This document shows, one piece after another, positions 1 through 15,895 of a stretch of 64,000 bases of DNA. Origin of the DNA: Eledone cirrhosa. Taxonomy: Eukaryota. The notes beneath the pieces were generated by a model, which saw nothing but the letters and a program-made list of their open reading frames with translations, made no database searches and was not told where the DNA came from. The position numbers were made by a program, and so were the translations under genes. The stretch covers positions 31,310,001-31,374,000 of the forward strand of contig OZ024749.1 of the NCBI GenBank assembly GCA_964016885.1, written 5' to 3'. Positions within the stretch are counted from its first letter, which is position 1. Each line of letters starts with the position of its first letter.

Positions 1-46
1 CTTTTAGGAGACTGTTTAAGTGTGTAATCATTTTGGGGGATTTCTT

Positions 47-1492
<1,446 letters not shown>

Positions 1493-1493
<1 letters not shown>

Positions 1494-1710
1494 GAAGCCG
1501 TGTGGCTGAGTAGTTACAGAATTGGATTCACAATCTTGAGGTTGTGAGTTCGATTCCTCGACCGGGCGATGCGTTATGTCCTTGAGCAAGACACTTTATT
1601 TCACGTTGCTCCTTTTACCTGGAGTTGCGACCGATAGATAGTATTAGCAATTGGAAAGACCGATGAAAACATTGTCTCATCGGTCCGATTTGACGAAAGT
1701 CTATCGATAA
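1493..1710 (+). mobile_element. Chimeric SINE (tRNA head plus gtccttgagcaagacac domain plus atypical 3' tail) in (TA)n; rearranged second copy at 52175-52497
   Basis: A-box tggctgagtagtta, B-box gagttcgattcc. The junction gttgctcc-tt.tacctggagttg.gaccgatagatagtattagc is shared by both copies. Confidence 0.75.
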
Positions 1711-1725
1711 AAAAAGATATATATT

Positions 1726-1806
1726 ATATAGAAAAGGCTTCTACAGGAAGCCTGATGATTTCTCCCGACTGAAACAGGTCTTGTCCTGTAGAAGCGTTTT
1801 CTATAT
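1726..1806 (+). ncRNA. Degenerate hammerhead with long stem I
   Basis: CTGATGA 1752-58, GAAAC-ag-GTC 1771-80, ~22-bp flanking stem (gcttctacagga/tcctgtagaagc). Stem II and proximal stem I pair poorly. Confidence 0.6.
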
Positions 1807-2064
1807 TAAATATTTATACTCTGCTTTGTAATGAGTACCTTACTTACTGTGGTTACCCCCGATTGAACCGGGGATAAACTTATATATATAGATATGTATA
1901 TATATATATATATACTAAGCGTACGTACATATTCTTACGTGCATATACACACAGACACAATTATAAACACACACATGTATTTATTTATCTATATGTACAT
2001 ATTTCACAATGCTTCAAGCAAACTTTAACACCCTCTTATATGTATATATATATATGTGGGTGTG

Positions 2065-2101
<37 letters not shown>

Positions 2102-3569
2102 ATTATACGTATATACGTACAATTATACCTATATATTTTTACATGTATATAGACATACACACACCCAGTTACACGCATACACACACAAACACAATGATAT
2201 ATAATAGAAATGTAAGTGTCTACTAATGAACTGAATGCCTCAATATATATTACACTCTCACCAGTTCAATGTTTGTCTTTAGTGACGTTTCCAACCCATT
2301 AACTTTTTTTCAATTGATTTTACTGAAGCTGAACTGCTAATGCAATTCTCTTACTAAATAAAACCCTGTTCATTCATAAAGTTATTGCACAGGGCCGCTT
2401 CCTTGTTAGGGTTTTCGGCTCATAATCCTGACTCCGATTTTCGGGTTTTATCCTTGTGCTCTACACGTTATTTCACTTTGCTCCTGTCTACTATACCATA
2501 CAGGTACCCCTGCCTACTATGATATACAGGTACCCCTCAAAATTGAGGGGGACCTGTACATCAAAGGGCGAGCCAGCCTTGTCACACACTGTGTTACGCT
2601 GAATCTTCCTGAGAAAAAAGTTAAGAACACCGGCGTCTGAGAAATGGGTAGCCACTTGCTTGTTAATTTCATGAGTACGTAGTTTCGTTGATCGAATCCT
2701 CTGTGGTTATACTCTTCATCGTCACTGACGGAGTTTCAATAGGTTTAATATCATATACTTTTTTTAACTGTTTCATATTTTAATTCGTTCATATAATGTA
2801 TCATTTTATTATACAGTAGAAGTATGTTTTATTTTAAAATAATGGGTATTTTATTTTAAAATAAGGGGCATTCCATTATCAGAGCCGACTTATCTCATAA
2901 CCACACACGGCTGTTTAACGGGGCCCACGTTTTAATGACTCCGAAATTCAATTTTTTGTTGACCTTAAAATAATATTTATATTCTATCAGTTTCTTGCAG
3001 TTTTTGACTTAAAGTGTTTACCTTCTATTATTGTACAGTTTGTGTCTTTCTCACAGTTTTCGACTTAAACCTTTAGTTACCATCCCGGCCAAAATAGGCT
3101 CTGCTTCTATGAAATAAAACCACCCATGTTAAAGGGTTCCAATTTGTATTCTTCTTCTTATCGTGTCTACAAGAGTGTGGGCTAGAAAGCTTGGCTAACT
3201 CTGGTTTCGCCACAGCTGAATACATTGCTGTCCTTTCTTCTTAAATTTGTATTAAAATCATTCAATATAATTTTGTATAAGAGCCTTACATTAAGTTCCT
3301 ATTTTAGCTATGAAATGATTAATAACTGTTTCTACTTTTGGCACAGGGACAGGAATTTATCCCAGTGCATTACTGGTACTTTATTTTATCGACCCCGTAA
3401 GGATGACAGACAAAGTTAACCTCGGCGGATCTAAACTCAGAATGGCAAGGGCCGTAACTCTATGATTCCAAGCATGACTTCCTACCGATTAATAATGTTA
3501 GTAAATCGCTCAAAGTTCTCAATTAATTCATTTAAAATAGAGTCTATTTTACTAGAAATGCTGTGAACT

Positions 3570-3770
3570 GAATTTCTACTATTGTACAGTTTGTCTTTCC
3601 TGCAGTTTTCGACATAAAGTATTGAACTTTTACTATCATACCTTTTGTCTGTCTCACAGTTTTCGACATAGTGTTGAACTTCTACAATTGTACAGTTATT
3701 CTTTCTCACAGTTTTCCACATGAAGTGTTGAACGTCTATAATACAGTTTGTCTTTCTCACAGTGTTTACA
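3570..3770. repeat. ~55-bp diverged tandem repeat (related copies 2975-3070)
   Basis: tacagtttgtctttctcacagttttcgaca recurs. Confidence 0.85.
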
Positions 3771-4401
3771 AATTGACTTGATGGCATCATACATACACAC
3801 ACAAGTGTATAACGGCGTGTCTGTCTCTTGCCTGGATACATGTTTGTTTGCTAACAGTCTCATGTGGGTACAACAAAATATATATTCAATGACGAAGGTG
3901 GAGGTTATTTAGAATGGAAAGTTTGTTCAATATTTTAAATCAACAGAACAGCCTTTAAGTGGTTAATCAATCCATAGACACGTCCACCCATAAGGTAAAT
4001 GTCAGGCAGATTTGGCAAGACAGTATGCAACGGAGCTAGACGTTTCAATTACAGGTGCTAACGAAACTGATTAACATCTATGACTTTATACAAGAAATTA
4101 TAAATTTTGGTTCATCTCTTTTGAGCAAATTATCTTCTACATTTCTTTTTCTGTTTCGCCAGTCTTTTTTTTTTTTCTTTGTCTTTCCGTTCGTTTCTCA
4201 AATAAACATTGTCCCCTAATCTATTTAAAATATATTTCAAAGGATACATTTTTCTTTCTAACAAAATGTATTTCCTTAACATAATAATACAATTATAATT
4301 TGTAGTGACTGTTTATTTTGTTTTGTTTCTTTTACCCAAATTGCAAACGTACGGATTTTTTTCTCATATTTTATCTATGTGTCTATATGTCTATATATAT
4401 A

Positions 4402-4461
<60 letters not shown>

Positions 4462-4484
4462 CATAATAATACATATATATAATT

Positions 4485-4579
<95 letters not shown>

Positions 4580-4757
4580 TACGTATATATATAAAAAGGG
4601 TAAATATAGTAAGTACTGTAAACTTTTTAAAATTTATTTTAAAACTTTTTCTCTATTTGCTAAACCTTGAATATATATATATATATATGTGTGAATGAAG
4701 TAATTCCATCGGAAAAGTCCAAGAAAAAAGAGTGCTCTATGTAGGTAACAGAGCTTA

Positions 4758-4954
4758 ATAGTTATGTAATAAACAACATAAGGCAATTATTTCATTTACA
4801 ACTGGTTTCTTAAAAGCAAAAAAATGTTGCTTTCAATCATCAGAATGAAAAAATCCTCTAGCGGATTTTTTCATTCTGATGATTGAAAGCAAATTTTTTT
4901 TGCTTTTAAGAAACCACTGGTAAATGAAATAATTGCCTTATGTTGTTTATTACA

Positions 4955-4961
<7 letters not shown>
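4758..4961. repeat. DNA palindrome, 99-bp arms, 6-nt loop, abutting (TA)n
   Basis: 4758-4856 is the near-exact reverse complement of 4863-4961. Confidence 0.95.
4869..4929 (+). ncRNA. Type I hammerhead ribozyme (mirror copy on - strand at about 4790-4850)
   Basis: tttcatt CTGATGA(4876-82) ttgaaagcaaa/tttgcttttaa GAAA(4910-13) ccactgg TA^(4922) aatgaaa. Confidence 0.85.
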
Positions 4962-5012
<51 letters not shown>

Positions 5013-5752
5013 AAAGTATGTCCATAGAATCATTTGATAAAACATATACACCATTTCCTCTCCGAATCAGCATAATAAACTATACAAAAAAACAATTAAA
5101 CCAGGCTATAAGATTAAAAGACACCTATGAAGAAATAATAGATAAATAAACAACACCAATCTATTCGCGATCAACAACTATAGAATATTTATCCAGTATT
5201 TCTAATAGCACGTGGAAATCAATTATATATATACGTATACTCATACAAACACAAACACACATACAAAGTCGCATACACACACACAAACCTTTTGGGTTAA
5301 ATAATATAATAAATCTTGGAAGCACAAAATTCCATTAATAATGGTTTCTAATTCACACACGAGGTCAACAGATTTGAGGGATAAGGGAAAGACGATTAAA
5401 TCAACACCAGTGAATTACTGGTACTTTATTTTATCAGCCCCGAAAAAAATGAAAGGCGGGATTTGAATAAAGGACGTAAAGGGATGTATCTATATGCCGC
5501 AAAGTATATTGCCTGACACTCTGCCAATACTGCCAATTCACCACCCTGAAAATGCCATTAATAGTGGTTTCTAAATTATGTATAGGGCCAAAGAATGTGA
5601 GGGGAGAGGGAATATTGGTTGCCGCGACGCCAGTTTTTGACTGATACCTTATTCACCAACCTCGGATTTATGAACGGCAAAGTTGACTTCGGCGGGATTT
5701 GATCTCAGAACGTAAACTGCCATCACAATTACATTTTGCTCGACGCTCTAAT

Positions 5753-6660
5753 GATTCTACCAATACATTCAATCAAACATTCTATCAATACATTCAATCA
5801 AACATTCTACCAATACATTAAATCAAACATTCTACCAATACATTCCATCAAACATTCTACCAATACATTCAATCAAACATTCTACCAATCCATTCAATCA
5901 AACATTCTACCTAATACATTCAATCAAACATTCTACCAATCCATTCAATCAAACATTCTACCAATACATTCAATCAAACATTCTACCAATACATCCAATC
6001 AAACATTCTACCAATACATTCAATCAAACATTCTACCAATCCATTCAATCAAACTTTCTACCAATACATTCAATCAAACATTCTACCAATACATTCAATC
6101 AAACATTCTACCAATACATTTAATCAAATATTCTACCAATACATTCAATCAAATATTCTACCAATCCATTCAATCAAACATTCTACCAATCCATTCAATC
6201 AAACATTCTACCAATCCATTCAATCAAACATTCTACCTAATACATTCAATCAAACATTCTACCAATACATTCAATCAAACATTCTACCAATACATTCAAT
6301 CAAATATTCTACCAATCCATTCAATCAAACATTCTACCTAATACATTCAATCAAACATTCTACCAATACATTCAATCAAACATTCTACCAATCCATTCAA
6401 TCAAACATTCTACCAATACATTCAATCAAATATTCTACCAATCCATTCAATCAAACATTCTACCTAATACATTCAATCAAACATTCTACCAATACATTCA
6501 ATCAAACATTCTACCAATACATTCAATCAAACTTTCTACCAATACATTCAATCAAACATTCTACCAATACATTCATTCAAACATTCTACCAATCCATTCA
6601 ATCAAACATTCTACCTAATACATTCAATCAAACATTCTACCAATACATTCAATCAAACAT
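5753..6660. repeat. 25-bp minisatellite, ~36 copies
   Basis: Unit attctaccaatacattcaatcaaac. Confidence 0.98.
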
Positions 6661-6884
6661 GATTAGTTTTTGAAAAGTAATATTAATAATGGTTTCTTAT
6701 ATAGGCAAAAGGCCAGCAATTTGTGGGAGGGGACAGTCGATTAAATCGACCCCAGTGCGTGACTGGTACTTTATTTTACCGACCCCGTAATGATGAAAGT
6801 TAACGTCGGCGGCATTTGATCTCAGATCATAAAAGGCCGTAACTCTATGCTGCAAAGCATGGTGTCCGACCTTCTACCGATAAC

Positions 6885-7215
6885 AGTAATATTAATAAGA
6901 TCAATTTGTAACTAGTATTATTAACAAAGAGGGCCACTTATTAACTAGTATTATTAACAATAAGATCAATTTGTAACTAGTATTGTTAACAAAGAGGGAC
7001 AGTTATTAACTAGTATTATTAACAATGATATCAATTTGTAACTAGTATTGTTAACAAAGAGGGACAGTTATTAACTAGTATTATTAACAATAATATCAAT
7101 TTGCAACTAGTTATTGTTAACAAAGAGGGATAGTTAACTAGTATTATTAACAATAAGATCAATTTGTAACTAGTATTGTTAACAAAGAGGGACAGTTATT
7201 AACCAGTAATATTAA
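6885..7215. repeat. ~65-bp tandem repeat x5
   Basis: The taagatcaatttg word (with variants) recurs at 6896, 6961, 7026, 7091 and 7154. Confidence 0.95.
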
Positions 7216-7221
7216 ATATAT

Positions 7222-7775
7222 ATATAAGAAAATTGGAGTGCTGCGTGGTTGCTCATGGGTTACATATGAATAGAATTAGTCCTTCATCAGTGATCTTCCA
7301 ACATTCATTGGTATTTCATTGCTTTAAAAATCATATACCTCTGGTTTGCCAGTCAAACTCTCTCTCGGCTGGTCTCTTCCTCACACTTCCACTCACTCAC
7401 TTTCTTCTTCTCCCCCTCTCTCACTTCCTCCCGTTTGACCTGTGTGAAATCCTTTTCTCGTTCACATCTCACCCATGTCGGATGGTCTGTATCTCTCGTC
7501 TATGAATTTACCAAGCTTAAGCTTACAGATATCATGTACTTTTCTCTTCCTATCTTTCCGTTGCAATACCATCGTTGTTTGTTTACTTGTCTCGCTCGTT
7601 TCACCATATTTTACTTGTCCCAATAACTTTATTTAGTTATTGCTCGCACCAACCAGAGGTATATGATTTTTAAAGCGATGATATACCAATGAAAGTTGGA
7701 AGATCACTGATGAAGGACTAATTTTATTCATATGTAACCCATGTGCAACCACGCAGCACTCCATTTTTCTTATAT
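7222..7775. repeat. Inverted repeat (~125-bp arms) around a ~300-bp spacer
   Basis: 7222-7349 versus 7650-7775. Arms contain CTGATGA but no properly placed GAAA. Confidence 0.9.
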
Positions 7776-7905
7776 TTATATGTTTTCCTCAGCTGCGATT
7801 GTCTGTTTCCATCTTACTGCTTCCCCTCTCTCTGTATCTCACACCTTCTTTTTACCCCATCTGCCAGTCACACTCTCTCTGAAAGTGAAAGGTACGAATT
7901 TCCTG

Positions 7906-7985
7906 GATACCCGCAGAGGAGCACAGGAATGGTGTCTTTCACTTAATAATTCTTGCGGAACAGATTTTAGATCCGTCCGGGTATC
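7906..7985 (+). ncRNA. Degenerate hammerhead
   Basis: Perfect stem I gatacccg/cgggtatc; core CAGAGGA and GGAAC (two substitutions); GTC cleavage triplet at 7975-77. Confidence 0.55.
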
Positions 7986-8401
7986 GAAGGCAGTTGCCCG
8001 ATATAGACTTGTTATTTGTATTGACTTATTACTTTAAATCGAGACAGGCAAACCATAGTGTTTTAAATTAGTATTTTTTCAACCTAGCTAACTTGGTCAT
8101 TTACAATTCGAACACATGCATAATTGTATCGGTATTCATCCCTCTCATATATTCCAGTGTATTACACGGCTCGGAATGATTCCCTTCCTTGAGCTATTTA
8201 ATTGTAAAAGACTATTTTGAGTTTCTAACTCAACCTATGATATATATATATAATTCGAATTAATTTGCATTATTGATGCTCTGGGCAAATGTCCATTGAG
8301 CTTTTCTACTGAGAAACATGATCATCATATATTATATATGTTAAATTAGTATCTCTCTTCCTCTCTCTTTCCCTCTCTCTCTCTCTTTCTCCCTCTCTCT
8401 C

Positions 8402-8498
<97 letters not shown>

Positions 8499-8866
8499 CA
8501 TTTGGGTCCATGTCTGTTTTTATCATTTATTTTGTTTGACCTGTTTAGCTTGATTTGTTTTTTGGCTTAAGTGGTTAATGCCTTCTTGACCACTTTTTCA
8601 GTATGTATGGCGTTTTAACATATTGTTGAGCCCTAGTTATCTTAACTATTGGAGCGCTAGCCAGCATATCTACGATTTTGCGTTTCGTTTCGCTTTTTCT
8701 AGCAGCCGAAATACGATTCTCGCTGAATTTATATTTATATAATTGTCCTTAACACTATGACTTATTAAAGTAATATAAACAAATCACTATCCGGATTACT
8801 TCCAAAAACAATGGTTGTATTTTAATAGGGTACGTCAACACTTACTTGTAAAACTGTTATATATTG

Positions 8867-8931
8867 TATTTTGTCTGATGAAGGCATACCATAATTTAAT
8901 TTGGTATCCCTGAAATATGTATAATGAAATA
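8867..8931 (+). ncRNA. Type I hammerhead ribozyme, same family as the 63.6 kb copy
   Basis: tattttgt CTGATGA agg(c)atacca..tggtat(c)cct GAAA tatgta TA^ atgaaata. Downstream flank (ttttataaatatagtttccatt) matches 63710-63737. Confidence 0.8.
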
Positions 8932-8984
8932 AATATGATTTTATAAATATAGTTTCCATTTATTAGTATCGTATATATATATAT

Positions 8985-9165
8985 CAGGATAGAACCAGTT
9001 GAGAACTAGTTATACAATTACTCTATAGAGTACTCGATACTTGGGATAGTAGAGTATGACTATATTTTAAAGAGACGGGGCCCGACAGCTTAACTCTTGT
9101 CGTTTCTGAACATGGCGTGTACAACCCTTGTATCTGCCTATCTATCCCAAGTTTCCTAATACTCC
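8985..9165 (-). mobile_element. TA-associated insert distantly related to family A; second copy at about 51180-51325 (+)
   Basis: GAAAC..GTC/GTA, then actcta.tatccc.agtatcga.tact and actagtt..aact.gt..atcctgat in both copies. Confidence 0.7.
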
Positions 9166-9289
9166 ACAAGGAATGGACCGTTTCTCTCTGTCAAAAAGTT
9201 GTCTCACACGTAATATGACATCAATTCTACATTTAACTGACATAAAGCCAAACTACATCTTAACAAGATAAACTGGATCCCTGATCATT

Positions 9290-9700
9290 TGCGCTAAGAC
9301 CCTTCCGTAAATTTCATAATATGATCCATCAGCTTGATGTCCCGATAGTCCCCCTGTCTAGTGCAACTCCCTTGGCCTTGTAGAATTTGACGACGCTGCT
9401 GGAATGCCAGTCATTAGGTATGACACCATTTTGTGTTGCCTGATTCACAATACATATTGTTAATGTTTAGCCAACCAAGGTATATTCAGCATCTCAGCAA
9501 TTATTCCTGATGGTGAAGTTGCCTTATCCCACTTCATATCCTTAATTCCCTTACCTAATTTGGATGGCTGCTGGTGACAGACAGAATATGTTCCTTCCAA
9601 GCATTTTTTCATAATAGTATTTCGACGTTTGTTAATTCTCTCCGCGTTGGAAACGACCTGCGCGCCACTGACATTCCGGATACACTGTTCTCCAATAACA
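9290..9700 (-). mobile_element. RTE-clade LINE fragment (region just upstream of and entering RT), decayed
   Basis: Translates to IKDMKWDKATSPSGIIAEML and GVIPNDWHSSVVKFYKAKGVALD..DYRDIKLMDHIMK. Confidence 0.85.
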
Positions 9701-10129
9701 AAAATAAAGAAAATAGTTGATACTCATCAATAAAGAACCCCAACATTGTGTAGTTAATACATTTATAAAACTATATTAATCTCCAGGGACATTTACTTAA
9801 GTTAAATGAAACACATTAATAAAAGATATAAAAATTTGAAAGATAATATTTTTAAAACTTACAAATACTGAACAGCCAAAGTAACAATGATGAAAAGAAG
9901 ATGGTTTCTTTGAATTAACATAGCGTTCAAAGTAATGTATTAATCGTCAAACTGAGAATTGAATGGAGTTGTGTTACGTCTGGTATTGCTTGTAACAGTA
10001 AATATATATATATAAGTGTGTGTGTGTCTGTGTGTGTGTGTGTATACATACACAGACACACACACACGCACATATATATATATATATGTACGTATGTACA
10101 TATGCATGTATATACGTATGTATATACGT

Positions 10130-10420
10130 ATGGTCAGGTCACCAGTTGGTGCTACTGGTAACATGTATCCCAGTACAACCTGTCTCATGGTCGGGTCGTT
10201 GGCGACTAAACTGGCAACCCCACCAAGGTTTCTTGGTGAGGAGGGTGACTTTGGACATCCTGCAGGACTAAAAACAAAACCTGTCAAAGGGCCAAGGAGC
10301 TCTTAAGAGTCAATGGCCATCCAAAATCACAGGGAGAGATGACCCCTTAGCCTTTGTCAAGGCAGAATTCTAGGAGAAGGAAAACTCTGATATAACACTT
10401 GCAACCCTGATGGTATCCAA
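10130..10420 (+). mobile_element. Probable RTE-LINE 5' UTR remnant
   Basis: GC-richer island with ctaggagaaggaaaactctga and actggcaacccc words that I recall from RTE 5' UTRs; no ORF; not verified by search. Confidence 0.5.
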
Positions 10421-10429
10421 TGATGTTGA

Positions 10430-10800
10430 CTTGTTCTTCTTTTTGGTAAATATCATGTTGGTTAAGAGAGTGGGACTGGCTTTGTGCAGTGCCTTTGCTC
10501 ACTATAAAAGCTTCACGGCACAGGTATTGCTTTATATCTGGAGATCTCTCTACACTTGTCGTCACATGGTACCATGGGCCCAGCACTATGTGTCAATAAT
10601 TGTCACAAGTGTAGTGTTTGTACCAGAGTTTTCAAGTCGCTGGCTGGACTAAAATGTCTCACTCGTTCAGCGCATTGGTAGGGGTTCTCCTACTTGGATA
10701 TAAAGTAGTGGCCGTACTCGAAAACGAGTTGGCAGCCACCATATACGTATGTATGTATTTTGGCTCTACAAAGATTAATAAACAACTGGTTGTTCTCATG
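10430..10800 (-). pseudogene. Possible highly decayed GIY-YIG (Penelope-like) fragment
   Basis: Across frameshifts: CRAK..VY..CQL..YIQVGEPL.MR/LNE..CREAFIV..SLNQ. Confidence 0.35.
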
Positions 10801-11334
10801 CTTATTTAAGATCTAGGTACGGTCACGTGTATATTTAGAAAAGCTGCATAGGTTTACTTTCAATTAATCGATTAAAGGCTCCAGGACTGGTGAATATGTC
10901 ACCCGTCTTTGCCTAGATAGTCTCCGTAAGAAGCGATTATCTTATACATGTTGTAAACTCCTTTACTTTAAAAAAGGGGGTTACACATTTCCTTCAAATA
11001 TGGATTTAACTCTAATCGTCATTTATTGATTTCGACAGTGTTTAGTCCAGAAATTGTGACTGGGATAGAATTAGAATTGTTTGGTTGTGGATTTGTTGGT
11101 TGATGGGAATATTTGGGTTCAATAACTACTGTTTAATTTTCTTAATATTACTGGATAAAAAACATACCTTATTATTAATATTACTGGTTCAAATCCCGCC
11201 GAGATTAGTTTTGCCTTTCATCCTTAAAGGGTCGCTAAAATAAAGTACCAGTAACACACTGAGGTTGATTTAATCAAATTTCCAGTTACCTCAAATGGTA
11301 GGCGTTGTGCCTAAATCAGAAATCATTATTAACA

Positions 11335-12096
11335 CTAGCAGAAAAACCACCGTTAGGCTGCTTTTCTGCGAGCATGTGTAGTGTGCATATATATATTATA
11401 CGCAAATATATATGCATGTTTATATCATACGTTGAATGAAATCGTAATGCACAGAAATTGAACGAAGTCTGTGTTACACTCTATCCTGTAATCAGTAAAG
11501 TAATCCATGATACATTAAAAAAAGACGATATTATATATAAACTTCATATATAATAAACTAAAATGTTATGAAAACGAAAAAGGAGAAAATTAGCGACTTA
11601 AATATAGACCTTATATAACGATACAAATATAATTCATCCCTTCCTTTACATTTTCTTTACTGTTTTAAACGATGATGTGTTTGCTTGTTGTTTTTAGTGG
11701 TTTGGCATTCCTTCTTAAGTTTCAACGCAGTTTTTTTTCCTCTCTTCTTTTATTTAAACATTTCCTTTCTCCCTCCCCTTCTCCTAAACCTTTTCCTTAC
11801 TTTCGTTATTTAATTTTTTTCCCTCTTTCTTTTTCTTTTTGTTATTTCAAACATTATATAACCGATTTGAGATTTGTTGAAAGTTTATATAAGCGATGTC
11901 ATAAGGGTTATAATATAACTGACGCTAACCGGAAGTGTTGGCATTTGAAAATTTTAAAGAAGTGAAACTTAAAATAAGCAATACTTTATATATAAGAATA
12001 TTTATGTTTAATCAAGAGCTACGAAATTTAGTAGATAAATTACATAATATTCATTCATTATTCATTTAAAGAATCCAACTTATTTTACTAACGGGA
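11335..12096 (-). mobile_element. Second copy of the Helitron-like element (empty SINE site)
   Basis: Reverse-complement match to 56001-56719 including both termini. Confidence 0.75.
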
Positions 12097-12544
12097 TAAA
12101 ACATTATATAATGGACACTGTCCCGCACTCCTCCCTTTATTATATTATAAATTACTGGTTAAAATCTGGCCATATTGTTAACAATACTTGTTAATAGATG
12201 ACCTCATTGTTAATATTACCAGTTAAAACCTGACCATATTGTTAATAATAGTGGTTAAAAACGCAACTTATTAATAATACTGGCCAAAAACTGGCCATCA
12301 TTGTGAATAATGCTGATTAATAACTGTTCATAATGTTAATAATACTGGTTAAAATCTGGCTATATTGTTAAAAATATTTGTTAATAGCTGATCGTCATAT
12401 ATATATATATGCAAAAGAAACCAAAGAAAGCTCTCATACTCAAACAGTTTTAATCACTAACAATGTTTCATGCTCACCTTTAGGCAGGAATCAGCAGAGC
12501 TCAACAAATATCGTGTTGAGTATACCCTCCGAACATACGTAAAT

Positions 12545-12582
<38 letters not shown>

Positions 12583-12985
12583 TTAATACATAAACAGAGA
12601 AAGCCTTGAGCTATACTCTGACTGGCAACCATCTCACTCAACAAACTTTAGGATATACCTTAATATAATCCCAATTATATGTTTGGGGTGCTAACTATAT
12701 GTATTTTGTGGAAAGCCACTTGTATTATTTTATATGAGATACAATTAAAATTAAAATATATATCTCTCTGCTGATATATATATATATATAAAGAACAAAT
12801 AGAGTGTGGTAAGATGCCAGGTGGTCTCTAACGCACCAGAGTACTCAATTTTTGAGGTAGTAGAGTGGGTAACATTAAAAGATTCAGGACCCCAACGACA
12901 GAGATCCGTCCGTTTTGACAGCTAGATCCGGTTGATTTAATTGTCGATACAGCCGGAGCTCAGTCTTTGGGGTTCTGACTTGTTT

Positions 12986-13101
<116 letters not shown>

Positions 13102-13173
13102 TATATATTTATATATATATATATACATATATATGTACATATATATATATTTATATATATATATATATATATA

Positions 13174-13243
<70 letters not shown>

Positions 13244-13258
13244 TATATATATATGTAC

Positions 13259-13471
<213 letters not shown>

Positions 13472-13533
13472 TATATATATATATATATATATACATATAT
13501 ATACATATATGTACATATATATTTATATATATA

Positions 13534-13724
<191 letters not shown>

Positions 13725-13732
13725 TATATATA

Positions 13733-13874
<142 letters not shown>

Positions 13875-14614
13875 AATATATATTTATACATAAACTCACA
13901 TATACACACACAGATATATATACATACAATATACATACATAATATAAGATTGTAAGGACAACAACAAACAGCACCATGACAATACCAACACCCACTACAA
14001 CAACAACAACAACAACAACATCTGCAACAATTAACCACAGCCATAAACGACACTATCAATACCGATCTCAATTATGAATGATATCAATCAACATATTACC
14101 CCTATCAATAATCGATTAACACCCGATCCTACACCCACTCACATGCAACATCATCAACATAAGGAACAATTACTTAATCAAAAACTCATACAGTGTAGCA
14201 GCAGCAGCAGCACGTAAGAGAAAAACAATATTAAACAACAACAACAACAACAACAACAACAGCAACAACAACAACAACAACAACAAAACTATCAATAGAA
14301 AAAACGTCACCAATATCATCATCTACAAAAATAATTGTTTCTACTTTTGGCACAAGGCCAGCTAATACCCCAGTGTATTACTGGTACTTTATTTTATCGA
14401 TCCCCGTAAGGATGAAAGGCAAAGTTAACCTCGGCGGGATTTGAACTCATAACGTAAAGGGTTATAACTCTATGCCCTAAAACATTGAGTCTGACGCCCT
14501 ACCGATGCTGCCAATTCAATAATAAGTGTTTCTAGTTTATGGCACAAGGCCAGCAATTACCCAGTGTATTACTGGTACTTTATTTTATCGACCCCGTAAG
14601 GATGAAAGGCAAAA

Positions 14615-15041
14615 CACACAACAGTAACAATAACAACAACAGTAACAATAACAACAATAATACTAGTAACAACAACTTTAACAAGAGACAAACAACAACA
14701 GTAAGAACAACGGCAGAAACAACAACATCAATAACAAACACAACAATAACAGTAACAGCAATAACAGCAAAAACAACAGTAACAATTACAACAACAGTAA
14801 CAACCACAGCAGTAACAACAACATCAATAACAGTAACAACAATAGCAGCAACAACAACATCAATAATAACAACAGCAATAACAACAGTAGCAACAACAAC
14901 AACAATAACAAAAACAACAGTAGCAGTAACAATAACAACAATAGCAACAGCAATAATAATAACAACAACAACAACAGTAGCAGTAATAACAACAACAACA
15001 ACAACAACAGTAACAATAACGACAACAGTAGCAGTAACAAT

Positions 15042-15075
<34 letters not shown>

Positions 15076-15834
15076 GTAACAATGACAATAACAACAACAG
15101 CAACAGTAATAACAACAACAACAGCAGCAGCAGTAACAATAACACAACAGTAGCAGCGATAACAACAACAACAGTAGCAGTAATAACAACAACAACAGTA
15201 ACAACAACAACAACAGTAGCAGTAACAATAACGACAACAGCAACAGTAATAACAACAACAACAACAGCAGCAGCAGCAGTAACAATAACAAACAGTAGCA
15301 GCGATAACAACAACAACAACAACAACAACAGTAGCAGTAACAATAACAACAACAGCAGCAGCAATAAGAACAACAACAACTACAACAACAAACAGAGGGT
15401 TAACGTACAAAGGAAGACAGCTACACAGAAAGCAATAATACAGTCCACAATAAACAACAACAACAACAACAACAACAGCAGCAGCAGCAGTAACAATAAC
15501 AACACCAGCAGCAGCAATAACAACAACAATAACAACAACAACATCTGCATCATCAAACAGTTTAACAACTGTTTCTACATTAGGCACAAGGCCAGCAATT
15601 ACCCCAGTGTATTACTGCTACTTTATTTTATCGACCCCGTAAGGATGAAAGGCAAAGTTAACCTCGGCTGGATTTGAACTCAGAATGGAAAGGGCCGTAA
15701 CTCTATGCGCCAAAGCATGGCGTCCGACCCTCTACCGATACTGCCAATCCACCGCCCTTAAACAGTTTAATAACAACACAATGTATCTCTACACAAGGTA
15801 TCTCTAGTTCTTACTAGATTTACAACCGAACTGT

Positions 15835-15895
<61 letters not shown>

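Noticed and set aside
1495-1570. tRNA genes
   Set aside because: A/B boxes belong to SINE heads; no complete cloverleaf.
12455-12505. Further hammerhead-like traces (12455-12505 minus, about 19675-19715 plus, about 51035-51075 plus)
   Set aside because: Core substitutions and poor stems; cannot be distinguished from chance by eye.
14539-15587. Mucin-like Thr-rich ORF
   Set aside because: Starts inside a SINE and continues through (AAC)n.
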